In this document: positions 48,559 to 57,962 of the stretch, piece by piece
Position numbering within the stretch: position 1 is the first letter of the stretch
Layout: the number at the start of each line of letters is the position of its first letter
NCBI GenBank assembly: GCA_964291495.2
Contig: OZ219871.1
Coordinates: 1,152,001-1,216,000 of the forward strand
Reading direction: 5' to 3'
Length of the DNA: 64,000 bases
Source of the DNA: Dehalococcoidia bacterium
GTDB lineage: Bacteria; Chloroflexota; Dehalococcoidia; UBA2979
Made by a program: the position numbers and the translations under genes
Notes under the pieces: generated by a model
The model's database searches: none
Told to the model about the DNA's origin: nothing
The model's input: only the letters and a program-made list of their open reading frames with translations

Positions 48559-51042
48559 ATGCCGCCGTCAGCCGCAGCGCCGCCGCTCTCCGGCATCCGC
48601 GTGCTGGACCTAACCACCGCGCGCTGCGAGATCGGCGGGAGGATCCTCGCCGACCTCGGCGCCGAGGTGCTCAAGATCGAGCCGCCCGAGGGCTGCGACG
48701 CGCGCCGCATGCCGCCCTTCGAGGACGGCCGCGAGGACGAGCCGGACGGCTCGCTCTACTGGGCCGTCTACGGCGCGAGCAAGCGCAGCGTCGTGCTCGA
48801 CCTCGCTTCGGACGAGGGCCGCCGGGGCCTGCGCGCGCTGGCCGAGGGCACCGACGTGCTGCTGGAGTCGTTCGCGCCCGGCCACCTCGCGGCGCTCGGC
48901 CTCGGCTACGAGGATCTGCGCGCGCTCAACCCCGCGCTCGTCTACGCCTCGATCACGCCCTACGGGCAGAGCGGGCCGGACGCGCTCTCGCCGGCGACGG
49001 AGCTGACGATCGAGGCGGCCGGCGGGCTGCTCTCGCTGCAGGGCGACGGCGACCGCCCGCCGATCCCGGTCGGCTACCCGCAGGCCGGGCTGCACGGCGG
49101 CGCGCAGGCCGCCGCAGACGCCGTCGTGGCGCTCGTCGAGCGCGACCGCTCCGGCCTCGGCCAGCACCTCGACGTCTCGATGCAGGCCTGCATGGTCTGG
49201 ACGATGATGGACGCGAGCGGCTACCCGCCGAACGAGGGCGGCGACAGGCCCGGCTACGGCGACGATCGCGCCGAGCCTCGGCCTCCCCACCCCTCCGGCC
49301 TCCACCTGCCAAGCGTGATCGCGGCCGCCGATGGCCACGTGATCGTGACGATGGGCGTCACTCTCCCGCAGCGCATCGCCATCAACGAAACCATCGCCTG
49401 GATGCGGGAGGACGGCGTCGAGTTGCCCGAACGCCTCCGGGCGGTCGACTGGGAGCACTGGCACGAGCAGTTCATCGATCCCAGCGCCGTCCCGGCGGAG
49501 ACGGTGGCGCTGTTCGACGAGGCGCTCCGGCTCGCGGTCGAGTTCATCGGCACCAGGCCGAAGCGCGAACTGCACGAGCGCGCCGTCGCCAGCGGGGCGC
49601 TGATCGCGCCGATCATGACCGCCGCCGATCTCCTCGCGGACCCGCAGCTTGCCTATCGCGACTACTGGAGGGAGGTCGAGGGCCGCCCGCACCCCGGACC
49701 GTTCGCGAGGGCGAGCCGCACGCCGCTGCGCAGCCCGCAGCCCGCGCCGGCACTCGGCGAGGCGAACGCGCTCCTCGGCGAGTCGCGGCGGCCGATGCCA
49801 GCCGAGCGCCCCGACGTGAGCGCCACCCCGACGCGCACGAGGGCGTTCGAGGGGCTCAGGGTGGCGGACTTCTCCTGGGTGGGCGTCGGTCCGCTGCTCG
49901 GCAAGGCGCTGGCCGATCACGGCGCGACGGTGGTGCGAGTCGAGACCGCGAAGCGCATCGACACCCTGCGCGGGATGGGGTCGTTCAAGGGCGGCGTGCG
50001 GGACATCAACCGGGCGCAGTTCTTCGCCAACTTCAACTCCTCGAAGCTGGGCATGACGCTCGACCTGTCGAGCGAGGGCGGCCGCTCCGTCGCGCGCAGG
50101 CTCGCGGGCTGGGCGGACGTGGTCCTCGAGAGCTTCACGCCGGGCACGATGGAGCGGCACGGGCTGGGCTGGGAGACGCTGAGCGCGGGCCGCGACGACC
50201 TGCTGATGGTGCGCACCTGCCTCCGAGGGCAGACCGGTCCGGAGGCCCCGTTCACCGGCTTCGGCAGCCAGGGCGCCGCGCTGGCCGGGCTGCACGGCGT
50301 GACCGGCTGGCCGGACCGCCCTCCCGCTGGGCCCTACGGCGCCTACACGGACTTCATCAACCCGCGCTTCGGCCTCGCCGTGATCGCGGCGGCGCTCCGT
50401 GAACGCGCCCGCAGCGGACGCGGCCAGTTGCTCGACATCTCGCAGGTCGAGGTCGGCATCCACTTCCTCTCGCCGCTCGTCCTCGACTACGCGGTCAACG
50501 GCCGCGTTGCGCCGCCCGCCGGGCACGACTCGCGCACCGCCTGCCCGCACGGCGTCTACCGGGTCGCCGGCGCCGAACGCTACATCGCAATCGCCTGCGA
50601 GACGGCGGAGCAGTGGCGCGCGCTGCGCGACCTCGCCCGCCTCGAGGGCTTAGACGGTGGCGAGTTCAAGAGCTACGAGGGCCGGCTCGCCGCGCGCGAT
50701 CGCATCGACGAGGCGCTGCGCGGCTGGTGCGCCGGGCAGGACGGGCATGCCCTCGCCGCCCGGCTGAAGGCGGCCGGGGTCCCCGCCTCGGCGGTGCTGC
50801 GCGCGAGCGACCTCTACGAGGACGCCCAGCTGGCGCATCGCGGGTTCTTCGTCACCCTGGACCATCCGGCGATGGGCCCGACGCCGTACGACGGCCTCGC
50901 GACCATCTACTCGGAGACGCCCGGCACGCCTCGCAAGGCCGCGCCGCTGCTGGGCGAGGACACGCACTACGTGCTCACGGAGCTGCTCGGACTCTCCGCC
51001 GAGGAGGCCGCGATCCTCGCGGCGAGCGGGGCGCTCACCTAG
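48559..51042 (+). CDS. two-domain class III CoA-transferase
   Basis: Two CaiB-like repeats (LSGIRVLDL...DLGAEVLKIEPP; FEGLRVADFSWVGVGP). Confidence 0.9.
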   Translation: MPPSAAAPPLSGIRVLDLTTARCEIGGRILADLGAEVLKIEPPEGCDARRMPPFEDGREDEPDGSLYWAVYGASKRSVVLDLASDEGRRGLRALAEGTDVLLESFAPGHLAALGLGYEDLRALNPALVYASITPYGQSGPDALSPATELTIEAAGGLLSLQGDGDRPPIPVGYPQAGLHGGAQAAADAVVALVERDRSGLGQHLDVSMQACMVWTMMDASGYPPNEGGDRPGYGDDRAEPRPPHPSGLHLPSVIAAADGHVIVTMGVTLPQRIAINETIAWMREDGVELPERLRAVDWEHWHEQFIDPSAVPAETVALFDEALRLAVEFIGTRPKRELHERAVASGALIAPIMTAADLLADPQLAYRDYWREVEGRPHPGPFARASRTPLRSPQPAPALGEANALLGESRRPMPAERPDVSATPTRTRAFEGLRVADFSWVGVGPLLGKALADHGATVVRVETAKRIDTLRGMGSFKGGVRDINRAQFFANFNSSKLGMTLDLSSEGGRSVARRLAGWADVVLESFTPGTMERHGLGWETLSAGRDDLLMVRTCLRGQTGPEAPFTGFGSQGAALAGLHGVTGWPDRPPAGPYGAYTDFINPRFGLAVIAAALRERARSGRGQLLDISQVEVGIHFLSPLVLDYAVNGRVAPPAGHDSRTACPHGVYRVAGAERYIAIACETAEQWRALRDLARLEGLDGGEFKSYEGRLAARDRIDEALRGWCAGQDGHALAARLKAAGVPASAVLRASDLYEDAQLAHRGFFVTLDHPAMGPTPYDGLATIYSETPGTPRKAAPLLGEDTHYVLTELLGLSAEEAAILAASGALT

Positions 51043-51070
51043 AATCACGCAGCACGCGCCGGGGGATGCG

Positions 51071-51613
51071 ATGACCAAGGTCGAGGGCGAGTACGACATC
51101 GAGGCCGTGCGCGCCGAGTGGATCGGCAGGAAGACGCCGCTCTACCACGGCCGCTACCCGGTCGAGTACGACCCGATCCGCCGCTACTGCCACATGGTGG
51201 AGGACGACAACCCGCTGTTCCTCGATCCCGACTACGCGGCGACCACGAAGTGGGGCGGGGTGATCGTCCCGCCGGTGATGACCGACTACTTCGCGGGCGG
51301 CGGCGCCTGGCCCGAGGAGGACGAGCCCGCGCTCATCCTCCAGGTGCCGACGCGCGGCGACCGCACCATCAACCTCAACATCAGCTGGGAGTTCATCCAG
51401 CCCGCCCGCATCGGCGACCGCCTCTCGCGGCAGACGGAGATCGAGGACATCTACCAGAAGCGGACGCGGCTGGACCCGCGCTCGATCTGGATCGCGGCGA
51501 AGACCACGATCTTCAACCAGGACGGCGAGGTCGTCGCGATCGGGCGGAACACGATGGTCGCCCACCGCCGCCCCGAGGAGTTCGCGGCCGAGCTCGAGGG
51601 GAACGGCGAATGA
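51071..51613 (+). CDS. MaoC-like dehydratase (hot-dog fold, N-terminal type)
   Basis: IRRYCHMVEDDNPLF, IVPP, WEFIQPARIGD. Confidence 0.85.
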   Translation: MTKVEGEYDIEAVRAEWIGRKTPLYHGRYPVEYDPIRRYCHMVEDDNPLFLDPDYAATTKWGGVIVPPVMTDYFAGGGAWPEEDEPALILQVPTRGDRTINLNISWEFIQPARIGDRLSRQTEIEDIYQKRTRLDPRSIWIAAKTTIFNQDGEVVAIGRNTMVAHRRPEEFAAELEGNGE

Positions 51614-52068
51614 GCGGCGAGCCGCGCGCGCAGCGCTACTGGGACGACGTCAGCGCAGGGGATGACCTCGAGGGCTTCACCTTCACGCTCGGCTGGACGG
51701 AGATGGCGAAGCAGGTCAGCGGCTCGCAGGACTTCCACAAGGTCCACCACGACTTCGAGTTCGCGCGCGAGGGCGGACACGAGACGATCTTCTACAACAC
51801 CGGATTCACGCGCGGCTGCCTGGGGCGCCTGCTGACGGACTGGATGGGTCCGGAGGGCTGGATCAGGACCTTCGGCTTCCAGATGCGGCGCATGAACACG
51901 CCCGGCGACGTGATGTCCGTGAAGGGCCGCGTCCGAGGCAAGGCGGACGGAGACGACCCGGAGACGGGCGTCGTGAACCTCGAGATCTGGATCGAGAACA
52001 CCCGCGAGGGCGTGACGACGCCCGGCACGGCGACGGTGCTGCTGCCGCGGCGCGCTGAGGGGACCTAG
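51610..52068 (+). CDS. MaoC-like dehydratase (catalytic DxxxxH type)
   Basis: YWDDV, SQDFHKVHHD; ATGA overlap with the upstream gene. Confidence 0.85.
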   Translation: MSGEPRAQRYWDDVSAGDDLEGFTFTLGWTEMAKQVSGSQDFHKVHHDFEFAREGGHETIFYNTGFTRGCLGRLLTDWMGPEGWIRTFGFQMRRMNTPGDVMSVKGRVRGKADGDDPETGVVNLEIWIENTREGVTTPGTATVLLPRRAEGT

Positions 52069-52072
52069 CACG

Positions 52073-52552
52073 ATGGCGAACGCGACCAAGGCCGAGATCG
52101 AGGCGGGCGGCACCTACTTCCCGGAGCCCGTCGCCTACCCCGCCACGATGAACGACGACCTCGACAAGCCGTTCATCGAGGGCACGCAGCGCGGCGAACT
52201 GTGGGTGCAGTACTGCAGCGCCTGCGCGAAGCACCAGTGGGGACCGGAGTGGATCTGCCACGGCTGTCTCACATCCGAGCTCGAGTGGCGGGAGGTGGAG
52301 GGGCGCGGGCGGATCTACTCCTGGGAGCGGGTCTGGCACCCGGTGCACCCCGCGCTCAGGGAGGCTGTGCCCTACGTGGCCGTCGTCGTCGAGCTGCCGG
52401 ACGCCGATGGCATCCGCCTGGTCGGCAACCTGCTCGGCGACCCCGAGGCGGAGGTCGTGATCGGCAGCGCGGTCGAGGCCGTCTACGAGCACCACGCGGA
52501 CGCCGACCCGCCCTACAGCCTCGTCCACTGGTCGCGCATCGAGGACGAGTAG
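52073..52552 (+). CDS. DUF35 Zn-ribbon/OB-fold protein
   Basis: CSAC...CHGC, GRIYSW, PYVAVVVEL. Confidence 0.87.
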   Translation: MANATKAEIEAGGTYFPEPVAYPATMNDDLDKPFIEGTQRGELWVQYCSACAKHQWGPEWICHGCLTSELEWREVEGRGRIYSWERVWHPVHPALREAVPYVAVVVELPDADGIRLVGNLLGDPEAEVVIGSAVEAVYEHHADADPPYSLVHWSRIEDE

Positions 52553-52562
52553 CAACCACTGT

Positions 52563-52597
52563 CCCCTCTCCCTCGGGGAGAGGGTCAGGGTGAGAGG
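52563..52597. repeat. REP-like palindrome, family A
   Basis: CCCCTCTCCCTCGGGGAGAGGGTCAGGGTGAGAGG inside an operon, directly before the ACAD ribosome-binding site. Confidence 0.82.
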
Positions 52598-52605
52598 AGC
52601 GAGGC

Positions 52606-53766
52606 ATGGACTTCCAGATGCCCGATGACGTCGTCGAGTTCCGCGAGCAGATCCACGACTTCATCCGCCGTCACCGCACGCCGGAGCTGGAGGCGGAGAT
52701 CGCCGGCCACCACGTGCACGGCTACGGCCCCGCCGCCGAGACGTTCCTGCAGGCGCTCGCCGACGAGGGCCTGCCCTCGGTCGCCTGGCCCGAGGAGTAC
52801 GGCGGCCGCGGCAAGGGCGCGCTCTACCTCTGGATCCTCTCCGAGGAGCTGGCGCGCGAGGGCATGCCCTGGGACACGCTCACCTACAACTCCGTCAGCC
52901 CGACGATCATGCGCCACGGCAGCGAGGAGCAGCGGCGCGACATCCTGCCGAAGGTGCTCTCGGGCGAGATCCGCTTCGCCCTCGGCTACACCGAGCCGAA
53001 CGCCGGGACGGACCTCGCCTCGCTGCAGACCCGCGCCGTCCGCGACGGCGACGAGTGGGTGATCAACGGCCAGAAGATCTACACCTCCTCGGCGCACCTC
53101 GCGACGCACGTCTGGCTCGCCGCGCGCACCGACCCGGACGCGCCGAAGCACCGCGGCATCTCCACCTTCGTGGTGCCGCTCAGCACGCCCGGCATCACCG
53201 TGCGCCCGCTCTGGGTGATGGGCGAGGGCCGCACCAACGAGACGTTCTACGAGAACGTGCGCATTCCCGCCGACGCGCTCGTCGGCGAGGAGAACCGCGG
53301 CTGGTACATCGTCACGGGCGCGCTCGACCTCGAGCGCGTCGCGATCGGCACCTACCGCCCGCTCGAGCGCAGGGTGCAGAACATCATCTCCTACCTCGTG
53401 GCCGAGCGCAGCGACCTGCTGGACGACCCGGCCACGCGCATGGCCGTCGCCGAGGCCTCGATGCGCGTCGAGGTGGGGCGCGCGCTGGCGACCAACAACG
53501 CGGCGATGGTGCACAACGACCTGGTGCCGACGATGGAGGCGGCGATGTCCAAGATCTGGAAGGGCGACTCCAGCGAGCGCATCCACGACGCCTTCATGGA
53601 CATCCTCGGCCGCAGCGGCGGGCTGCACGAATCGAACGAGGACGCCCCGCTCGGCGGCATGCTCGAGGCGGGGTGGCGCAGCGACCCGCCCGGCCGCTTC
53701 GCCGGCGGCACCAACGACATCCAGCGCCGCGTGATCGCCACGCGCGGCCTGCAGCTGCCGCGATAG
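52606..53766 (+). CDS. acyl-CoA dehydrogenase (heteromeric type, catalytic subunit)
   Basis: GYTEPNAGTDLASL, NGQKIYTS, LDLER, AGGTNDIQR. Confidence 0.92.
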   Translation: MDFQMPDDVVEFREQIHDFIRRHRTPELEAEIAGHHVHGYGPAAETFLQALADEGLPSVAWPEEYGGRGKGALYLWILSEELAREGMPWDTLTYNSVSPTIMRHGSEEQRRDILPKVLSGEIRFALGYTEPNAGTDLASLQTRAVRDGDEWVINGQKIYTSSAHLATHVWLAARTDPDAPKHRGISTFVVPLSTPGITVRPLWVMGEGRTNETFYENVRIPADALVGEENRGWYIVTGALDLERVAIGTYRPLERRVQNIISYLVAERSDLLDDPATRMAVAEASMRVEVGRALATNNAAMVHNDLVPTMEAAMSKIWKGDSSERIHDAFMDILGRSGGLHESNEDAPLGGMLEAGWRSDPPGRFAGGTNDIQRRVIATRGLQLPR

Positions 53767-53776
53767 GAGGCGCACG

Positions 53777-54862
53777 ATGGACCTCCGACCGAGCGAGCTG
53801 CAGGACATCCTGCGGACCAACGCCGAGGACTTCTTCGAGCGCGAGGTCAGCTTCGAGCGGATCCGCGAGATCGAGGCGGCGAACCGGCCCGACGAGCAGC
53901 TGCACGGCCAGATGACGGAGCTGGGCTGGAACTCGCTGGCGATCTCCGAGGAGTACGGGGGCCAGGGCGGGACCGTGCTCGACGCGGGCGTGCTGATCAC
54001 GCAGATCTGCCGCGCCGCGCTGCCCTCCCCGCTCGCCAGCACGCTCGTAGGCGCGGTCACGATCGAGCGGCACGGCGACGAGGAGTTGAAGACCTCGCTC
54101 CTCCCGCAGCTCAACAACGGGCTCACGATCTCGCCGGCGCTACTCGAGGCCTCGGACTCGCTCTACGGGCCGGTCACGGCGGAGTACGCCGATGGCACGG
54201 TCACGGGCGAGAAGCGCTTCGTCGAGTTCGGCGAAACCAGCGACGTGCACCTCGTCGCCGCGATGCATGACGGCGCGCCGGGCCTCGCCGTCGTACGGCG
54301 CGACCAGCCGGGCGTCTCGACGCGCGACACGCGCACCATCGGCGCGCTGCCGCAGGCGGCCGTCCACTACGACGGCGCGGCGGCCGAGGCCTGGCTCGAG
54401 GGCGCGGACGCCCTCGATTCGATGCGCTGCCTCGGCGCGGCGGTGGCCGCGTTCGAGACCTACTGCTACACGCAGAAGGCGCTCGACCTGACGGTCGACT
54501 ACGTGCAGATGCGGGTGCAGTTCGGGCAGCCGATCGGCGCGTTCCAGATGGTGCAGATGCGCAGCGCGGACATGGCGACGATCGTCGAGGGCTCCCGCTT
54601 CCTCGTGCACGAGCTGCTGTGGCAGATCGACGAGGGCCTCGAGACGCGCCGCCAGGTCGCGGTCGTCAAGGCGATCACGGCGAAGATGGCGCCGCAGGTC
54701 CTGCAGGACTGCCACCTGCTGCACGGCGGCATCGGCTACATGCAGGAGTACGACCTGCACTTCTTCACGCGTCGCGGCCGTGACGCCGCACTGCGCTGGG
54801 GCAGCGCCCGCGAGACGATGAACATCGTCACAGAGGAGGCCTTCGCCGCTGCCTCGGCATAG
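53777..54862 (+). CDS. acyl-CoA dehydrogenase (heteromeric type, partner subunit)
   Basis: EEYGGQG, RVQFGQPIGAFQ, HGGIGY; shortened C-terminus. Confidence 0.9.
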   Translation: MDLRPSELQDILRTNAEDFFEREVSFERIREIEAANRPDEQLHGQMTELGWNSLAISEEYGGQGGTVLDAGVLITQICRAALPSPLASTLVGAVTIERHGDEELKTSLLPQLNNGLTISPALLEASDSLYGPVTAEYADGTVTGEKRFVEFGETSDVHLVAAMHDGAPGLAVVRRDQPGVSTRDTRTIGALPQAAVHYDGAAAEAWLEGADALDSMRCLGAAVAAFETYCYTQKALDLTVDYVQMRVQFGQPIGAFQMVQMRSADMATIVEGSRFLVHELLWQIDEGLETRRQVAVVKAITAKMAPQVLQDCHLLHGGIGYMQEYDLHFFTRRGRDAALRWGSARETMNIVTEEAFAAASA

Positions 54863-54894
54863 CCGGGCGGGCGGGGGGCTGTCTCGACCGTCCG

Positions 54895-55758
54895 CTAGTT
54901 CCCGTACGAGACGTGGGCCGCCTTCATGAGATCCTGAAGTTCAGGCTCATGATCGTCTATGTCGCTCGCCGTCAGCCGCATCCGATAGTTCTGCCAACGG
55001 ACGTCATAGGGCAACATCCCAAGCCCCGACTGTTCTAGCCGCTCTGTCCACTCGTCGGAGCGGGGGATTGAGAACTCCGCAACTACATGCTGCTTGCGCG
55101 GCCTAAAGATCACAAAGTTCTTGGTCACGCCGTGACTCGCTAATCCGATGTAGTACTTGTTGTACTTCGCTTGAAGCCCCGGCTCGATGGTCTGAACCAT
55201 GCGTGCGATCATCCGGTCGACGAGTTGAACGGAACTCGGCGAGGCCCTCTGTTCCCAGTAGCCCCGATCGACGATCTCCCCTTCGTCTTCCTCATCGGTC
55301 CCGAGCGTCATGACATCCAACACTCGCGTCGATACGACTGTGAAGGCCCCATTGACCTCGAGTCCCTGTATCTGGATTGCGATGAGGGGGATAAACCCGT
55401 TGAACAGACTCACGACATTGAGGAAGCGGCTCGTGATGTCCTCGGCAACAATGACGGCGACGTGATCGTATTGGGGGTAGCGACGCTTTTCGAGGTCCCA
55501 GTACTCAATGGTGCGGATGATGTGGGACTCGTCGAGCGAGCCGAGTTGGAGTTCGACCACGTACCGGACATGCGTTTCGGGATCGGCAAGCAGCAGATCG
55601 AGCCTGCCCGCTCGCGGCTGGCGTCGCTCCACCGCCCGCACCTCGAGGTCACCCAGTCCGAGCAAGCTGGGGTCGTTCTTGACTAGTTCTTGTAACTCCT
55701 GCTCGGAAAAGTCAGGATTGCCGCGCAAGTTGACACGCTTGGCTTTATGGAACTCCAT
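54895..55758 (-). CDS. NucS-like PD-(D/E)XK-fold nuclease with C-terminal DUF5655-like domain
   Basis: SEQELQ, GRLDLLL, VVELQLG, HIIRTIEYWD, KYNKYYIG; lower GC than flanking genes. Confidence 0.72.
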   Translation of the reverse strand: MEFHKAKRVNLRGNPDFSEQELQELVKNDPSLLGLGDLEVRAVERRQPRAGRLDLLLADPETHVRYVVELQLGSLDESHIIRTIEYWDLEKRRYPQYDHVAVIVAEDITSRFLNVVSLFNGFIPLIAIQIQGLEVNGAFTVVSTRVLDVMTLGTDEEDEGEIVDRGYWEQRASPSSVQLVDRMIARMVQTIEPGLQAKYNKYYIGLASHGVTKNFVIFRPRKQHVVAEFSIPRSDEWTERLEQSGLGMLPYDVRWQNYRMRLTASDIDDHEPELQDLMKAAHVSYGN

Positions 55759-55882
55759 GGGACTCCCCCTTGTGGAGCAGCATTGTAGGTCCCCGGGGGA
55801 GGGGCGTGGACACGATACCGGCGTCGCTGGTACGTAAAGACGTTTGCGGCGGCAGCAAAGCCCCTCGGCGGCCTCGGGCGAA

Positions 55883-56710
55883 TCAGCCGAGCTCTTGCGC
55901 GGTCCGGTCGCCCGCGTCGTAGTCGGCGAACATGTCGTCATAGTGCTCCTGCAGCACGTCGCGGGCGTCCGGGTGGGTGAAGATGAAGCGGCGGTTCTCG
56001 CGGGCGCCCTGCAGCAGGCGAGGGATGAACGCCTCCGGGGGCGGCGCCTCGATCCGGGGCGCCGCGAAGTCATCGTCCGGCCCCCCGTAGCGCTGCTGAC
56101 GGACGCGCACGGCCCGGCGGATCTGCGTGTCCATGCGGCTCGGGCACCAGCAGGAGACGCCGATGCCCTCGGCCGCCAGCTCGTGGCGCAGCACGTTCGA
56201 GTAGCCGACGACGGCGTGCTTCGTGGCGGTGTAGACGCCGTTGACGTTCTGCCGTCCGACGAGGCCGGACATCGAGGAGGTGAGCACGATCTGCGCGGGC
56301 CCCTCCTGCTCACGCAGCAGCGGCAGGAACGCCTGCACGCTGTGGATCACGCCCCAGAGGTTGACCCCGAGGATCCACTCCCAGTCCTCGCTGGTCGCCT
56401 CGACCAGCGGCGCGTTCCTCATCACCCCGGCGTTCTCGAAGAGCACCAGCCCGCTGCGCTCCGCGCCGAATGCGGCGCGCGTGCGCTCGGCCAGAGCGTC
56501 GAGCGAGGCGCGCTCGGCGACGTCCGTCTGCACCGCGATCGCCTCGCCGCCGCCCTCGCGGATCGCCGCGGCGACGGCTTCGCCGGCCTCGCCGTCGATG
56601 TCCGCGACAACGACGCGCATGCCGTCCGCCGCGCAGGCATGGGCGAGCGCCCGGCCCGCGCCGCCGCCCGCGCCCGTCACCACCGCCACGCAGCCCACGA
56701 AGTTGTGCAT
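55883..56710 (-). CDS. SDR family oxidoreductase
   Basis: TGAGGGAG, ENAG, YTATK; ATG at 56710 after GGAGG. Confidence 0.9.
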   Translation of the reverse strand: MHNFVGCVAVVTGAGGGAGRALAHACAADGMRVVVADIDGEAGEAVAAAIREGGGEAIAVQTDVAERASLDALAERTRAAFGAERSGLVLFENAGVMRNAPLVEATSEDWEWILGVNLWGVIHSVQAFLPLLREQEGPAQIVLTSSMSGLVGRQNVNGVYTATKHAVVGYSNVLRHELAAEGIGVSCWCPSRMDTQIRRAVRVRQQRYGGPDDDFAAPRIEAPPPEAFIPRLLQGARENRRFIFTHPDARDVLQEHYDDMFADYDAGDRTAQELG

Positions 56711-56759
56711 CGACCCACCTCCACTCACGGAGCCGAGCCTACGACCTTTCCCCCTCGCG

Positions 56760-57006
56760 CTCACCCTCGCTCACAGGGGAGAGAGGCGCGCCGCCGCCGC
56801 ATCGACTGGATTCCGGCTTTCGCCGGAATGACGGGAAGGGTAGGGCGGAATGCCACAAGCCCGATCCGGCCCCTCTCCCTGGGGAGAGGGCGGGGGTGAG
56901 GGGGAGGACTCCCGCGCCCCCTTCGAGAGCCCCGACGGCGCAAAGAAACTCCAGAGGCGGATCCTCCCTCACCCTGACCCTCTCCCGCGGGGAGAGGGGA
57001 CCGGAG
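56760..57006. repeat. composite REP cluster with inverted family A doublet
   Basis: Degenerate A at ~56760-56786; family B at 56806-56833; family A at 56861-56904; inverted family A at 56966-57006. Confidence 0.85.
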
Positions 57007-57023
57007 GGGAGGAGGGGCGCCGT

Positions 57024-57850
57024 CTAGCGGCCCTCGAAGTGGGGGTCGCGACGCTCGAGGAAGGAGCGGAAGCCCTCCTGCGCGTCCTCGCTGCCGAGCA
57101 GGCCGAGCTGGGTGGTCCACTCGTACTCGAGGAAGTGGGACATCGGCAGCTCGCTCGCGCGCATCAGCATGCGCCGCACGCCGGTGTAGGCGAGCGGCGG
57201 TCCGGCGGCGATCTCGCGGGCGTAGCCGAGCGCGCGCTCCAGCAGATCGTCGTCCGGGACGACCTCGGTGGCGAGGCCCAACTCCAGACAGCGCGCGGCG
57301 TCGACCAGGTCGCCGCTGTAGAGCAACTCGACGGCGCGCGCGTGGCCGACGATGCGCGGCAGCCAGTAGGCCGCGCCGTAGTCCGCGGCGAGCCGCGCTG
57401 GATGAAGACCGACCCCATGCGCGCCGATTCGCCGAGGAAGCGCACGTCGCAGCAGAGCGCGAGGCCGAAGCCCGCTCCGACGGCCGCGCCGTTGACCGCC
57501 GCGACGATTGGCACGTCGCAGCGCGCGAGCGTCTCCGCCAGCTCGCCGGAGAGCCCGCGGCGGTCCATCCGGTGCTGGCGCGGAGCGTCCCCGCCCTCCT
57601 GCGCGGCGAGGTCGCCGAGATCTGCGCCCGCGCAGAAGCCGCGGCCCTCGCCGGTGATTACCAGCGCATGCACCTCGTCGCTCTCGTTCGCCTCGGCGAC
57701 GGCGTCGAGCAGCAGCTCGACGGCGTGCCCGTTGAGCGCGTTCATCGCCTGCGGGCGGTTGAGGCGGGCGAGCAGCACGCCGTCCTCGATCGAGGTCAGC
57801 AGCGGCGCTTCCTCCGTGCCGTCGGGCGGATCCGTCGTCCGTGCCACCAT
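57024..57850 (-). pseudogene. enoyl-CoA hydratase/isomerase with a 1-bp frameshift near 57392 (pseudogene or sequencing error)
   Basis: N-half (NRPQAMNAL, FCAGAD, GAGFGLAL, VFIQRG) and C-half (LAADYGAAYWLPRIVG...FLERRDPHFEGR) are in different frames; adding one C (GGC CTC) joins them. Confidence 0.75.
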
Positions 57851-57962
57851 CTCGCTGCTCCTTGCCGGTCTCGGCCCTCGCGCGGGGCCACCTCGCTGGA
57901 GTCTGCGCCACGCCGGGCCGCAGCGCCATCCGCTATGCTCGCGCGGCGCGAAGGGAGCCGAC

